A stretch of 36,771 nucleotides of DNA, taken from sequence record SRR22947725_4722; one strand, written 5' to 3'. Under the pieces are notes generated by a model. It saw only the letters and a list, made by a program, of their open reading frames with translations, was not told where the DNA came from and searched no databases. Below are positions 21,882 through 32,821 of the stretch, one piece after another; the first letter of the stretch is position 1, and each line of letters opens with the position of its first letter. Position numbers and translations under genes: made by a program.

Positions 21882-21904
21882 AAAAGCTCCAAGTGAGTGG
21901 AGCC
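21882..21904 (-). terminator. Intrinsic terminator after whiA
   Basis: Minus-strand RNA GGCUCCA-CUCACU-UGGAGCU followed by UUU, 5 nt after the whiA stop. Confidence 0.55.
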
Positions 21905-21909
21905 TGGGA

Positions 21910-22887
21910 CTAGTCGATCTCGTCGGGAACGCTATCGAGGGTGTTCGGTACTCCCATGTCTTCGGCCTTCTTGTCTGCCATAGCTAGCAGCCTTCGAATG
22001 CGGCCCGCCACGGCGTCTTTGGTCAGCGGGGGGTCAGCATGGTGGCCCAGTTCATCCAAACTCGCATCGCGGTGCGCAAGCCGCAGATTTCCCGCATACA
22101 GGAGATGGTCGGGAATGCCTGTTCCCAGGAGCTCCATCGCACGCTCGACCCGCGCGCACGCGGCGACGGCCGCCTGCGTGGACCGTCGTAGGTTGGCATC
22201 GTCAAAGTTCACCAGCCGATTGGCAGTCGCTCTGACTTCGCGTCGTTCGCGCAGTTTTTCCCATTCACCCACAGCTCCGGGGGCACCCATTCGCACCAGG
22301 AGGTCGGAAATGGCGTCGCCATCTCGCACCATGACGCGGTGGGCCATGCGGACCTCGCGGGCTTTGGCGGCAACACCGATGCGTGCACCGATGCCGACGA
22401 TGGCCATGGCGGCCTCCCCCGTGGGAGCAACAATCTCAATGGCCGCGGACCGACCGGGTTCGCTGATCGACCCTGTGGCGAGAAAAGCACCCCGCCAAAT
22501 CGCCGGCAAATCTCCAACCGGTGAGGTGGTCAGCTTGTTGGGAAGACCGCGCACAGGGCGCTTTCGGGAATCAAGGAGACCTGTTTGACGGGCGAGGGTC
22601 TCGCCGCCCTGGCGCACGCGAACTACGTAGAGGGGGTGGGTCCGGTTTCCCGAAGGCTGCATGACAGCGGCGTCAGTGGCCATACCAAACACGTCTCTGA
22701 TGTCGCGACGCACGCGTTTCGCCGCCTCCATATGATCGAGTTCAACTTCCACGGCGAGGTTGCCCCCGATGACGTGGAGACCGCCGGCAAAACGGAGGAT
22801 GGTGGCAAGCTCGGCGACCCTCTGGCTGGTGGTCAAGGACGTCGCGGAGACCAGCTCGTCCTTCACTGCAACGGTCAGAGAGTGCAT
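21910..22887 (-). CDS. whiA: DNA-binding protein WhiA
   Basis: [51 protein letters not shown]. Confidence 0.96.
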   Translation of the reverse strand: MHSLTVAVKDELVSATSLTTSQRVAELATILRFAGGLHVIGGNLAVEVELDHMEAAKRVRRDIRDVFGMATDAAVMQPSGNRTHPLYVVRVRQGGETLARQTGLLDSRKRPVRGLPNKLTTSPVGDLPAIWRGAFLATGSISEPGRSAAIEIVAPTGEAAMAIVGIGARIGVAAKAREVRMAHRVMVRDGDAISDLLVRMGAPGAVGEWEKLRERREVRATANRLVNFDDANLRRSTQAAVAACARVERAMELLGTGIPDHLLYAGNLRLAHRDASLDELGHHADPPLTKDAVAGRIRRLLAMADKKAEDMGVPNTLDSVPDEID

Positions 22888-22896
22888 AAAGGGAAC

Positions 22897-23772
22897 CTAT
22901 TCGCGACCCAAGTCTCGGTGCTTGACCGAAACTTGGATGTCTTGTCGGGAGCCCAATCGGGCCACGATTTCTTCTGCCACCGCTACCGAGCGATGCCTAC
23001 CACCGGTACACCCTATCGCAAGCGTTGCATAGGTTTTATTCTCGCTCACATACCCCGCCAGCACCGTATCGAGCGCCTTCAGATAGTGCTCCAGAAACTC
23101 CTCTGCAGCGGGGTTGGTGGTGACGTAGTCGCTCACCGGGCCGTCCGTGCCGGAAGAACGCCGCAGACCTTCCTCCCAATAAGGATTGGGAAGAAAACGC
23201 ATATCGGCAATCATGTCCACGTCACTGGGAACACCATATTTGAAGCCAAAGCTCATCACCGTGAGCCTTGTCTTTGCTTCACCCGGTTCGCCGTAGGCGC
23301 TCTTAATGGCCAAGGTGAGCTGGTGAATGTTCATCTCGGACGTATCGATCAGCAGATCGCTGTCCTCCCGAATTGCGTGCATCACACCGCGCTCCCTGAT
23401 GATGCCATCCAGCAGCGTCCCCTCCTCTTGGAGCGGGTGGGGGCGCCTCACCTGTTCGAAGCGTCGGACCAGAATGTCATCGGTCGAGTCGAGGAAGACG
23501 ACCTGAATGTCGGGGTCTTGCGCGAGGCGAGACACCACGTCGGTCGCGTCAGTAAATAGTGCGCCGCCGCGGACGTCAACGACAGCAGCAAGCAGAGGCA
23601 TCGAAGAGTCGGGTTCCCGCGCAAGTTGCACCAGGGGGGGCAGCATCTGGGGAGGCAGATTATCCACCACGTACCATCCCAGGTCTTCCAGCGCGTTGGC
23701 TGCCGTAGAGCGCCCGGCACCCGACATGCCGGTCACGATCAGAACGCGATTGGTGGGTGGGGTGTGAGGCAT
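22897..23772 (-). CDS. rapZ: RNase adapter RapZ / YvcJ P-loop NTPase
   Basis: VTGMSGAGRS, VVDNLPP, RRPHPL, SFGFKYG, RFLPNPYW, IGCTGGRHRSV; -10 TAGAAT at 23795-23800. Confidence 0.95.
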   Translation of the reverse strand: MPHTPPTNRVLIVTGMSGAGRSTAANALEDLGWYVVDNLPPQMLPPLVQLAREPDSSMPLLAAVVDVRGGALFTDATDVVSRLAQDPDIQVVFLDSTDDILVRRFEQVRRPHPLQEEGTLLDGIIRERGVMHAIREDSDLLIDTSEMNIHQLTLAIKSAYGEPGEAKTRLTVMSFGFKYGVPSDVDMIADMRFLPNPYWEEGLRRSSGTDGPVSDYVTTNPAAEEFLEHYLKALDTVLAGYVSENKTYATLAIGCTGGRHRSVAVAEEIVARLGSRQDIQVSVKHRDLGRE

Positions 23773-23808
23773 GGGCTCTTTCCGGTTCTACCCCATTCTA
23801 CGCCGTGG

Positions 23809-25668
23809 TCAGCTGGGGGGAGCAAGAAAAGAATGGATCTTCTCCGCCAGCTTCGGTCCGACCTTCGGGACCTCCCCAATCGCTTGAATGCTGGCCGACC
23901 TCACCTTGGACACCGAACCAAAATGGCGGAGAATGGCTTTCGCCATTTCTTCCCCCACACCCGGAATATCCCGCAGTTCAGAGGTCAACGATCGCTTCCT
24001 GGTGGAGCGCTGGTAACTAATGGCCACCCGGTGGGATTCATCACGAATGCGTTGCAGCAAGAACAGTGCCTCGCTGTTCCGGGGGAAAATAAGGGGGTAG
24101 GACTCCCCCGGCCGCCACACTTCTTCAAGCTTCTTGGCGAGTCCGCAGACAGGAATGTCAATACCCGCGTCGGTGAGGGCGCGTCTTGCGGCATTCACCT
24201 GCGGTAGTCCCCCGTCCACGACGATCAGTCCCGGCGGATAGCGAAAACCGCGAGCAGACTCGGAACCGTCATCACTGGCAACCATCCGGGCCACCCTGCG
24301 CGAAATTACTTCATGAATCGCATCCGTGTCATCTCGGGCGTCGCGGATGGCGAAGCGACGGTAGTACTCCTTTCGGGGTAAGCCATCTTCAAACACCACC
24401 ATGGATGCGACTTGGTTTTCTCCACCGAGGTGGGACACATCGAAACACTCCATGCGCAGCGGAGCCTCAGCGAGCCCCATCGTGGTTTGAATCTCCGAGA
24501 GCGCCCTCGACCGGGTATTGGGGTCACTGGTGCGCTTGGAGAGATAGCCCTGGAGGGTGTGAGAGGCGTTCATCGTCACGGTTGCTTGGAGTGTGGCGAG
24601 TTCGCCTCGCGAGGCCTTCTTGAGCTTCACAGAGCCACTCTCGCCGGCATCGCGGCGCAGCTGCCCCAGCTGCTCCTGCCATGCGGCAGCGTTGGCAGGA
24701 AGGGTGGGGACGATGACTGTGCGAGCCGGGGCCTCGCCTTCGAACCCATCCCGCAGAATTAGCTCACTGAGTCCCTCGTCGTCCTCTTCAGAGGGGACCT
24801 CCACGATGAAGCCTTTGGCGCTGCGGATGCGACCACCCCGCACCCGGAAAAGGTGGGCGGCGGCAACCAGAGAATCTGACGCGAGTCCGAAGATGTCGAC
24901 ATCGATATCTTCGGACAGCACCATCGTGTTGCCTTGAAGAATCGTATTAATGGCCTCCAGGCGGTCGCGGAGCCTCGCGGCGCGTTCAAACTCGAGGTCG
25001 CGGGCAGCGAGTTCCATGCTCTGGTGCAAAACGGTCGTGACTTCGCCGTCTTTGCCGGCCATAAACGACGCCAGCGATAGCGCCAGAGCCTTGTGTTCGG
25101 CGGGGCTGACTCGTCCCACACACGGGGCTGCGCATTTTCCGATATCACCCAGTAGGCACGGTCGCCCCTGTTGTTCGGCCCTCTGATAGGTGCTCTGCGA
25201 ACAGGATCGAACCGGGAACGCCTTCAAAACCGTGGAGAGCGTCTCCCGCAGGGCGTAGGCGGTGGGGAAAGGACCGAAATAGCGGGCTCCTTTGATCCCA
25301 CGTTTCCGGGCCAAAAAAACGCGCGGAATATCTTCCTCCAGCGTCACCACCAGGTAGGGATAAGACTTGTCATCGCGGAATCGAACATTGAATTCTGGCT
25401 GATACTGCTTGATCCACAGGTATTCCAGGTGAAGCGCTTGGCGCTCGGAAGGAACGAGCGTCCAATCGACACCACGGGCCAGGCCCACCATGCGTCTTGT
25501 TCGTTCGTGCAGCGACGCGGGTTTTTGAAAATAGTTCGTAAGGCGAGAGCGAAGATTCTTGGCCTTACCGACATATAGGACCCGACCGGCATCATCCATA
25601 AACCGATACACCCCCGGTGTGGTGGGGATGGCAGCGGTGTCTGGTTGCCAGTCGTGCCGCTTGGCCAT
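23809..25668 (-). CDS. uvrC: Excinuclease ABC subunit C
   Basis: GIY-YIG domain PGVYRF...LYVGKAKNLR, Cys cluster, RMECFDVSH, VDGGLPQ, QRIRDESHR and an HhH tail. Confidence 0.97.
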   Translation of the reverse strand: MAKRHDWQPDTAAIPTTPGVYRFMDDAGRVLYVGKAKNLRSRLTNYFQKPASLHERTRRMVGLARGVDWTLVPSERQALHLEYLWIKQYQPEFNVRFRDDKSYPYLVVTLEEDIPRVFLARKRGIKGARYFGPFPTAYALRETLSTVLKAFPVRSCSQSTYQRAEQQGRPCLLGDIGKCAAPCVGRVSPAEHKALALSLASFMAGKDGEVTTVLHQSMELAARDLEFERAARLRDRLEAINTILQGNTMVLSEDIDVDIFGLASDSLVAAAHLFRVRGGRIRSAKGFIVEVPSEEDDEGLSELILRDGFEGEAPARTVIVPTLPANAAAWQEQLGQLRRDAGESGSVKLKKASRGELATLQATVTMNASHTLQGYLSKRTSDPNTRSRALSEIQTTMGLAEAPLRMECFDVSHLGGENQVASMVVFEDGLPRKEYYRRFAIRDARDDTDAIHEVISRRVARMVASDDGSESARGFRYPPGLIVVDGGLPQVNAARRALTDAGIDIPVCGLAKKLEEVWRPGESYPLIFPRNSEALFLLQRIRDESHRVAISYQRSTRKRSLTSELRDIPGVGEEMAKAILRHFGSVSKVRSASIQAIGEVPKVGPKLAEKIHSFLAPPS

Positions 25669-25671
25669 GAC

Positions 25672-28524
25672 CTAAGGAAGAACCTCGGCGAGGAACGAAC
25701 CGGTGTAGGAGCCCTTGTGTGCGGCGATGGTCTCGGGGGTTCCGGTGGCGACAACCGTGCCTCCGCCGGCCCCTCCTTCGGGCCCGAGATCGATAACCCA
25801 ATCTGAGGCCCCGATGACATCCAGATTGTGTTCGATTATGACAACCGTGTTCCCCTTGTCCCCCAGGCTTTGCAGGACATCGAGCAGCTTCTTCACGTCG
25901 TGGAAGTGAAGGCCCGTGGTGGGTTCATCCAGCACGTAGATAGTTCTGCCTGTGGAGCGCTTCTGAAGCTCCGTCGCAAGCTTCACACGCTGCGCTTCGC
26001 CACCCGAGAGCGTGGTGGCAGCTTGCCCCAGGCGCACATATCCCAATCCGACATCGACCAGGGTTTTCAGGAACCTGTGGATCGTGGAAATAGGTTCGAA
26101 AAACGTGGTTGCTTCCTCTATCGGCATGTTCAACACATCCGCGATGGTTTTGCCCTTGTAGTGGACCTGCAAAGTCTCTCTGTTGTAGCGCGCCCCGTGG
26201 CACACTTCGCAATCGACATACACATCAGGAAGAAAGTTCATTTCGATGGTGATGGTCCCATCGCCAGAGCAGTTCTCGCATCGGCCACCTTTGACGTTGA
26301 AACTAAACCGACCGGGTTGGTAACCCCGCATTTTTGCTTCGGCAGTTTCCGCAAAAAGGGCCCGGATTTTGTCAAACACTCCGGTGTAGGTGGCGGGATT
26401 ACTTCGGGGTGTGCGTCCGATGGGGGCCTGGTCGACGTGAACAATCTTGTCCAGCTGCTCCACGCCTTTGATTCGGGTGTGGAGGCCTGGGACGTGCCTC
26501 GCGCCATTGAGGGTGTTCGCCAGAGAGCGGTACAAAATATCGTTCACCAGCGAGGACTTGCCCGATCCGCTGACCCCGGTGATTGCCACAATTACCCCCA
26601 GAGGGATGTCGACAGAAACGTCTTGAAGGTTATTGGCTTTGGCGCCCTCGATACGAATGACGCGGTCATGGTCCACCGCCCGGCGGGGACGCGCCTCAAC
26701 CACGGAAGACGTTTTTGCCAGGTACCCGGCGGTGATGGACCTCTTTTCCTTCAGTAGCGAGGCCAGGGACCCTGAGTGCACGACTTCGCCACCGTATTCG
26801 CCAGCTCCTGGGCCAATATCGACAATCCAATCCGCCATATGGATGGTTTCCTCGTCGTGCTCCACCACAATCAACGTGTTTCCGAGGTCTCTGAGCTTGA
26901 CCAACGTGTCAATCAAGCGCCGGTTATCCCGCTGGTGGAGTCCGATACTTGGCTCGTCCAGGACATACAACACACCGGTCAACCCGGACCCAATCTGGGT
27001 TGCCAAACGGATGCGCTGGGCTTCGCCACCGGAGAGCGAGCCCGCTGCTCGAGCCATACTGAGGTAGCTCAAGCCCACCTCGAGCAAAAACTCCAAACGC
27101 GCGCGGATTTCTCGAAGAATCGGTTCTGCGATAGCGGAATCGCGCTCCGAGAGAGAAAGCCCGGACATGAAGGTGAACGCGTCCTGCAGGCTCATATCCG
27201 CCACATCAGAAATCGATGCATCGTTGACGGTAACGGCGAGAATGTCGGGCCGCAGGCGCTTGCCCGAGCATTCCCGGCACTGAATTTCGCGCAAGTAGTC
27301 GGCAAAACGCTGTTTTGACCACTCGGAATCCGTCTCGTGGAACTTCCGCTCAATGTAGGGAATGACACCCTCGAAACCGCTGGAATACTTGACGTCCCGC
27401 CCAAAGCGGTTGCGGTATCGAACGACAAGTTCGAATTTGTTGCCGCGCAGAACAGACTCTTGGATACTTTCGGGAAGCTGGTTCCACGGGGTATCCATGT
27501 CAAAATCGAGCTCTTCGGCCAAGCTGTTCAGCAGGTTCTTGAAATATCCGTACAGGCCTTTACCTGCTTGAGTCCATGGCCTGATGGCCCCCTGGGCGAT
27601 GCTCAATTCGGCGTCACCAATCACCATGTTGGGGTCCACCGCCATGGTGTACCCCAAACCCGAACAGCCAGGACACGCACCAAAGGGTGAATTGAAGGAG
27701 AACGTTCTCGGTTCCACTTCGGTCAACGACACCGCGTGGCCGTTAGGGCAACTGAGTTTTTCGCTGAAGCTCTCCTGGCTGTCGTCGTCGACGCTGTGGA
27801 GGATGACAGTGCCATCTGCAAGCTTCAATGCTGTCTCCAGCGAGTCGGTGAGGCGGCCGAGGATCTCCTCGTCCATGACTAACCGGTCGACCACGACATC
27901 GATGTCGTGTTTCTTTGTCTTGGCAAGAGAGGGGGCTTCGGTCAGCGTGACAGTTTGTCCGTCGATACGCGCCCTGGCGTAACCCTGGGAGTTTAGACTG
28001 CGTAATAGGTCAGCAAACTCCCCTTTTCGGCCAGCCACGATCGGGGCCAAGATTTGAAAGCGCCAACCCGCTTCCTTCTTCATGATGGTGTCTGCGATGC
28101 TCTGCACGCTCTGCCTGGCAATGGGGGCTCCGCACTCGACGCAGTGCGGAACTCCCGTGCGCGCCCACAGTAGGCGAAGGTAGTCATAGATTTCGGTAAT
28201 GGTGCCCACTGTGGATCGGGGATTACGATTCGTGGACTTTTGATCGATGGAGACCGCTGGACTCAAACCCTCGATCACGTCAACGTCGGGTCGATCCACT
28301 TGACCGAGGAACTGCCGGGCATACGCGGAAAGAGATTCGACATAGCGACGCTGGCCCTCGGCAAAAATGGTGTCGAAGGCTAGTGAAGACTTTCCAGAAC
28401 CCGAAAGTCCGGTGAATACCACGAGGGAATCCCTGGGAATGGTGACGTCCACATTCTTAAGATTGTGAACCCTCGCGCCTTTAACGTGGAGGATGGAATC
28501 CGTCTTCGGCATTTCGATAGGCAC
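25672..28524 (-). CDS. uvrA: Excinuclease ABC subunit A
   Basis: [32 protein letters not shown], two ABC modules and Zn-binding motifs. Start placed at GTG 28524, 6 nt after -10 TAGACT (28531-28536); 950 aa. Confidence 0.97.
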   Translation of the reverse strand: MPIEMPKTDSILHVKGARVHNLKNVDVTIPRDSLVVFTGLSGSGKSSLAFDTIFAEGQRRYVESLSAYARQFLGQVDRPDVDVIEGLSPAVSIDQKSTNRNPRSTVGTITEIYDYLRLLWARTGVPHCVECGAPIARQSVQSIADTIMKKEAGWRFQILAPIVAGRKGEFADLLRSLNSQGYARARIDGQTVTLTEAPSLAKTKKHDIDVVVDRLVMDEEILGRLTDSLETALKLADGTVILHSVDDDSQESFSEKLSCPNGHAVSLTEVEPRTFSFNSPFGACPGCSGLGYTMAVDPNMVIGDAELSIAQGAIRPWTQAGKGLYGYFKNLLNSLAEELDFDMDTPWNQLPESIQESVLRGNKFELVVRYRNRFGRDVKYSSGFEGVIPYIERKFHETDSEWSKQRFADYLREIQCRECSGKRLRPDILAVTVNDASISDVADMSLQDAFTFMSGLSLSERDSAIAEPILREIRARLEFLLEVGLSYLSMARAAGSLSGGEAQRIRLATQIGSGLTGVLYVLDEPSIGLHQRDNRRLIDTLVKLRDLGNTLIVVEHDEETIHMADWIVDIGPGAGEYGGEVVHSGSLASLLKEKRSITAGYLAKTSSVVEARPRRAVDHDRVIRIEGAKANNLQDVSVDIPLGVIVAITGVSGSGKSSLVNDILYRSLANTLNGARHVPGLHTRIKGVEQLDKIVHVDQAPIGRTPRSNPATYTGVFDKIRALFAETAEAKMRGYQPGRFSFNVKGGRCENCSGDGTITIEMNFLPDVYVDCEVCHGARYNRETLQVHYKGKTIADVLNMPIEEATTFFEPISTIHRFLKTLVDVGLGYVRLGQAATTLSGGEAQRVKLATELQKRSTGRTIYVLDEPTTGLHFHDVKKLLDVLQSLGDKGNTVVIIEHNLDVIGASDWVIDLGPEGGAGGGTVVATGTPETIAAHKGSYTGSFLAEVLP

Positions 28525-28563
28525 CAGCACAGTCTAGACAGCGGACCCTGGGCGAGCTCGGGC

Positions 28564-30615
28564 TCACGCGCTAGCAGAGATCATCTCTCGCAACTCTTTT
28601 TTCAACTCGCGCACTTCGTCGCGCAGTTTTCCGGCCAACTCAAACTTGAGTTCACCCGATGCCTGCATCATCTGGTCTGTGAGCGTGGAGATGAGAGACT
28701 GCAAAGCTTCAGGTCCGTCCTTCAAGCCCCTCGATCGTGAATAGCCTTCGCCAGCACTATTAGTGACACCAGTCAGAAGGTCTTCCGAGTCTGCCTTTTC
28801 TCTGGCCAGTACCGAGGTGATATCCGCGATCTTTTTCCGCAGGGGCGTGGGGTCAATGTTGTGTTCGGTGTTGTAGGCCACCTGCATCTCGCGGCGTCGT
28901 TCCGTTTCCGAAATGGCTTGCTCCATGGAGCGGGTTATCCGGGAGGCATACATATGCACCTCGCCGGATACGTTTCTCGCTGCCCGACCAATGGTCTGAA
29001 TCAAAGAGGTAGCCGACCGGAGGAACCCTTCCTTGTCCGCATCAAGAATGGCCACCAGGGACACTTCGGGCAAGTCGAGCCCCTCACGCAGCAGGTTGAT
29101 GCCGACCAATACGTCGAACACACCGGCTCTCAGTTCGGTGAGCAACTCGATCCGCCGAAGGGTGTCGACATCAGAGTGCAGGTAGCGAACCTTCACCCCC
29201 GCGTCATCGAGATAATCCGTTAAGTCCTCTGACATCTTTTTGGTTAGCGTGGTGACGAGAACGCGTTCATTCTTCTCGACCCGCTGACGAATCTGTTCCA
29301 AAAGATCATCAATTTGACCCTCAACGGGCTTCACCACGATGTGGGGGTCGATCAAGCCCGTAGGTCGAATAATTTGCTCGACCACACCATCGGCCACCCC
29401 TAGCTCGTATTTCCCTGGTGTCGCTGAAAGATACAGGGTTTGCCCGGTGCGGGCGAGGAACTCATCCCACCTAAGCGGGCGGTTATCCATCGCGCTGGGC
29501 AGTCGGAAACCGTGTTCCACCAGGGTCCGCTTTCTGGACGCATCCCCTTCATACATTCCACCGATTTGCGGGACGGTCACGTGGGATTCGTCGATCACGG
29601 TCAGGAAGTCTTCGGGGAAGTAGTCCAACAGACAGTTGGGGGCTTCACCCGGTTGGCGGCCATCGATATGGCGTGAATAGTTCTCGATCCCGGAGCAGAA
29701 CCCCAGCTGCTCCATCATCTCTAGGTCATAGGTGGTCCGCATCCGGATGCGTTGGGCTTCCAGCAGCTTTCCTGCTTTTTCGAGTTCCCCGCTCCGAACC
29801 TCGAGCTCTTCCCGGATCGCCAGCACTGCGCGCTTCATTGTTTCAGGTGATGCCGCGTAGTGGGTGGCCGGGAAAACACTCATCGTTTCCTCCATCGAGA
29901 GTGTCTCACCGGTCAAGGGATGCAAGGAACTGAGTGAATCAATTTCGTCTCCAAACATTTCGATGCGCAAAGCGAGCTCTTCATAGACCGGGATGATCTC
30001 AATCGTGTCCCCCCGCACCCGAAAGGTGCCTCGTTCAAACGCGATGTCGTTACGTTCGTACTGCATCTGAACAAAGGCCTTAATGAGCGCCTCACGCGAA
30101 ATCTTTTGCCCCACCTGCAAAGACACCATGGCTTCGAAGTAGTCTTCCGGCGCACCCAACCCGTAGATACAAGACACCGTGGACACCACCACCACATCCC
30201 GCCTGCTCAGCAGGGAATTCGTCGTGGAGTGGCGCAGCCTCTCCACCTCAGCATTCACCGAAGAATCCTTTTCGATAAAGGTGTCCGTTTGAGGGACATA
30301 CGCTTCAGGCTGGTAATAGTCGTAGTAGGAAACGAAATATTCAACCGCGTTGTGGGGCAACATATCCCGCAGCTCGGTGGCCAGCTGCGCTGCCAGAGTC
30401 TTATTGTGGGCGAGTACCAACGCGGGTCGCTGAAGACGTTCGATCAACCACGCGGTGGTGGCAGATTTGCCTGTGCCTGTGGCGCCCAACAGGACCACAT
30501 CAGATTCACCCGCCAGAAGCCGGGTTTCCAGCTGGTCGAGGGCCCGGGGTTGGTCGCCACTGGGGGTGTAGTCGCTCACCACCTCGAAGGGTCGAAAAGC
30601 GCGGGTGGCATCCAT
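28564..30615 (-). CDS. uvrB: Excinuclease ABC subunit B
   Basis: [42 protein letters not shown] and a C-terminal UVR domain. Start moved to ATG 30615; 683 aa. Confidence 0.97.
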   Translation of the reverse strand: MDATRAFRPFEVVSDYTPSGDQPRALDQLETRLLAGESDVVLLGATGTGKSATTAWLIERLQRPALVLAHNKTLAAQLATELRDMLPHNAVEYFVSYYDYYQPEAYVPQTDTFIEKDSSVNAEVERLRHSTTNSLLSRRDVVVVSTVSCIYGLGAPEDYFEAMVSLQVGQKISREALIKAFVQMQYERNDIAFERGTFRVRGDTIEIIPVYEELALRIEMFGDEIDSLSSLHPLTGETLSMEETMSVFPATHYAASPETMKRAVLAIREELEVRSGELEKAGKLLEAQRIRMRTTYDLEMMEQLGFCSGIENYSRHIDGRQPGEAPNCLLDYFPEDFLTVIDESHVTVPQIGGMYEGDASRKRTLVEHGFRLPSAMDNRPLRWDEFLARTGQTLYLSATPGKYELGVADGVVEQIIRPTGLIDPHIVVKPVEGQIDDLLEQIRQRVEKNERVLVTTLTKKMSEDLTDYLDDAGVKVRYLHSDVDTLRRIELLTELRAGVFDVLVGINLLREGLDLPEVSLVAILDADKEGFLRSATSLIQTIGRAARNVSGEVHMYASRITRSMEQAISETERRREMQVAYNTEHNIDPTPLRKKIADITSVLAREKADSEDLLTGVTNSAGEGYSRSRGLKDGPEALQSLISTLTDQMMQASGELKFELAGKLRDEVRELKKELREMISASA

Positions 30616-30622
30616 CGGGAAG

Positions 30623-30628
30623 AGCCTA
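30623..30628 (-). promoter_or_regulatory. -10 box TAGGCT for leaderless uvrB, overlapping the coaE stop codon
   Basis: TAG(stop)GCT, then 7 nt, then ATG. Confidence 0.65.
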
Positions 30629-31276
30629 GAGCGCCACGCTGGGGAACCGCGGAGGAACGCTGGACAATCGAGCGGGCCAGGCGCTGCGCAAAGCCTGGTA
30701 GAGCTCTGCAGCAGCGTGCTGGGTCTGCTCGAGGGACTGGGACGAGTCGAGCACAACATTTGCCAGAGCAAGGCGTTCTTCATCGGTCGCCTGAGCGGCA
30801 ACGATGGCTTCGGCCTGCACCTGAGTCAACCCGCGCGCTTCACGCAGACGCGCCGTGCGGGTTGCTGCAGGGGCATCGACAACGACGATCAAATCAAACT
30901 CTCCAGGGTCTCTCGCTTCGGCCAGCAGAGGGACGTCATAAACCAACACCGTGTCAGGGTGCTCCGCACTGGCTTGGGTAATAGCCCTTCCAGATAGGCG
31001 CCTAACTTCGGGGTGAAGAATCGAATTAAGGGTGGCTCTGGCGTTGTCGTCGCTAAAGACGAGAGCGCCCAGAGCGGTGCGGTCGAGTTCCCCGGATGGC
31101 AGGATGACTCCGGTTCCAAACGCTTCAGTAATAGCGTGGAGCCCGGCTGAACCTGCAGCCACCGCGTTCCTGGCGAACACGTCTGCATCTAAGACAATGG
31201 CTCCCTGTTCGCGGAGGATTGCCGAAACCGTCGACTTCCCGGCTGCTACCCCTCCGGTGAGTGCAATCACGCCCAT
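30626..31276 (-). CDS. coaE: Dephospho-CoA kinase
   Basis: [41 protein letters not shown]; -10 TAGAGT (31283-31288) 6 nt upstream of the ATG. Confidence 0.94.
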   Translation of the reverse strand: MGVIALTGGVAAGKSTVSAILREQGAIVLDADVFARNAVAAGSAGLHAITEAFGTGVILPSGELDRTALGALVFSDDNARATLNSILHPEVRRLSGRAITQASAEHPDTVLVYDVPLLAEARDPGEFDLIVVVDAPAATRTARLREARGLTQVQAEAIVAAQATDEERLALANVVLDSSQSLEQTQHAAAELYQALRSAWPARLSSVPPRFPSVAL

Positions 31277-31301
31277 ACCTCAACTCTAACGAGGCTTAAC
31301 C

Positions 31302-31336
31302 TCGTGTGGCCCCGCCCAAAGGACGGGGCCACACGA
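31302..31336 (-). terminator. Strong hairpin after rpsA (terminator-like)
   Basis: Perfect 13-bp inverted repeat TCGTGTGGCCCCG (31302-31314) / CGGGGCCACACGA (31324-31336), 6 nt after the rpsA stop; no U-tract. Confidence 0.75.
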
Positions 31337-31342
31337 AAGGTT

Positions 31343-32821
31343 CTATTCTGCGGAACCGACGAGCTTGTCCCGCAAAGCGGACAAAGCTTCGTCGTCAGCG
31401 AGTGTGCCCGCTTGTTCCTCTGGTGCCTGCGACACAGAACCGGCATCGGCATCGGCATCATCATCCGTGGCTTCCACGGGGACGATAACCATGGCCGCCA
31501 TGTGTGCAACCTGAATCTTGTGCGACTCCCAGCGAGCCTGGGCATCGGCGTATTGGCCTTCCCATACCTTGCGTTGGTCATCAAAGCCCTCGGACCATTC
31601 GCCCGTGTCGATATTGAAGCCTTCGGGGTATGCGTAGTTGCCCTTGGCGTCGTATTCGGTCGGCATTCCATAGAGTGCTGGGTCGAATTCTTTGCCTTCG
31701 GGGTCAACACCCTCATTGGCCTGCTTAATAGACAGCGAGATCCGTCGGCGTTCGAGGTCGATGTCGATGATCTTGACAAACACCTGGTCTCCGGTGGAAA
31801 CAACTTGCTCGGCCAGTTCGATGTGCTTGTCCGAAAGCTCGGAGATATGGACCAAGCCTTCGATGCCATCGGCGACACGAACAAACGCGCCGAAAGGAAC
31901 AAGCTTTGTGACAGCACCCGGAGCGATCTGACCAATGGCGTGAGTCCTCGCGAATACCTGCCAGGGGTCTTCCTGGGTCGCCTTCAGGGAAAGCGAAACG
32001 CGCTCGCGTTCCATATCGACTTCGAGAACTTCCACGGTCACTTCCTGGCCCACTTCGACAACCTCGCTGGCATGCTCGATGTGCTTCCAGCTCAGTTCCG
32101 AAACGTGGACGAGACCATCTACGCCACCCAGGTCCACGAAGGCACCGAAGTTAACGATCGAGGAGACAACACCCTTGCGTACTTGTCCCTTGACAAGGCC
32201 CTCGAGGAAGCTTGAGCGGTTCTGGCTCTGGCTTTCCTCCAGGAGGGCGCGACGGGACAGCACCACGTTGTTGCGATTCTTGTCGAGCTCGAGAATTTTC
32301 GCTTCCACTTCCTGACCCAGGTACGGGGTCAGGTCACGAACGCGACGCAATTCGATGAGCGACGCGGGGAGGAAGCCGCGTAGTCCGATATCGACAATCA
32401 GACCACCCTTCACAACCTCGATCACGGTACCGGTGACGACACCATCGGTTTCCTTGATCTTTTCCACATCGCCCCAGGCGCGCTCGTACTGGGCACGCTT
32501 CTTGGAAAGAATCAGCCGGCCTTCTTTGTCTTCTTTCTGAAGAACGAGGGCTTCGATAGCGTCTCCCACAGACACGACCTCTGAAGGGTCAATGTCGTGC
32601 TTGATAGAGAGTTCGCGAGAGGGGATAACACCCTCGGTTTTGTATCCCACGTCGAGGAGAACCTCGTCGCGGTCGATCTTGACGACGGTACCTTCAATGA
32701 GGTCTCCATCGTTGAAGAACTTGAGTGTTTTCTCAACCTCGGCCAAGAAGTCTTCGGCACTGCCGATGTCGTTGATAGCGATTTGCTGGGGGCCAGAAGT
32801 TGTTGCAGATGTCTGAGAGAT
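31343..32821 (-). CDS. rpsA: 30S ribosomal protein S1 (4 S1 domains), probable non-canonical ATC start
   Basis: S1 repeats are clear. The frame stays open upstream of the track's TTG (32746) through ISQTSATTSGPQQIAINDIGSAEDFL up to an in-frame TAG at 32837-32839. The exact start is inferred. Confidence 0.95.
   Translation of the reverse strand: MSQTSATTSGPQQIAINDIGSAEDFLAEVEKTLKFFNDGDLIEGTVVKIDRDEVLLDVGYKTEGVIPSRELSIKHDIDPSEVVSVGDAIEALVLQKEDKEGRLILSKKRAQYERAWGDVEKIKETDGVVTGTVIEVVKGGLIVDIGLRGFLPASLIELRRVRDLTPYLGQEVEAKILELDKNRNNVVLSRRALLEESQSQNRSSFLEGLVKGQVRKGVVSSIVNFGAFVDLGGVDGLVHVSELSWKHIEHASEVVEVGQEVTVEVLEVDMERERVSLSLKATQEDPWQVFARTHAIGQIAPGAVTKLVPFGAFVRVADGIEGLVHISELSDKHIELAEQVVSTGDQVFVKIIDIDLERRRISLSIKQANEGVDPEGKEFDPALYGMPTEYDAKGNYAYPEGFNIDTGEWSEGFDDQRKVWEGQYADAQARWESHKIQVAHMAAMVIVPVEATDDDADADAGSVSQAPEEQAGTLADDEALSALRDKLVGSAE

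Noticed and set aside
28553-28565. CGAGCTCG palindrome upstream of uvrA
   Set aside because: An 8-bp GC-rich palindrome is expected by chance and does not match the LexA box.
31441-31466. (GGCATC)3 and ATC repeats near the rpsA 3' end
   Set aside because: They simply encode the acidic DDDADADA linker; in-frame and too short to be a functional repeat array.
31304-32215. 303-aa ORF antisense to rpsA, and similar long shadow ORFs (22585-23559, 25828-26757, 15052-15912, 30106-30981, 5570-6289)
   Set aside because: They lie opposite well-supported genes, have no recognisable motifs, and are expected from high-GC codon bias.
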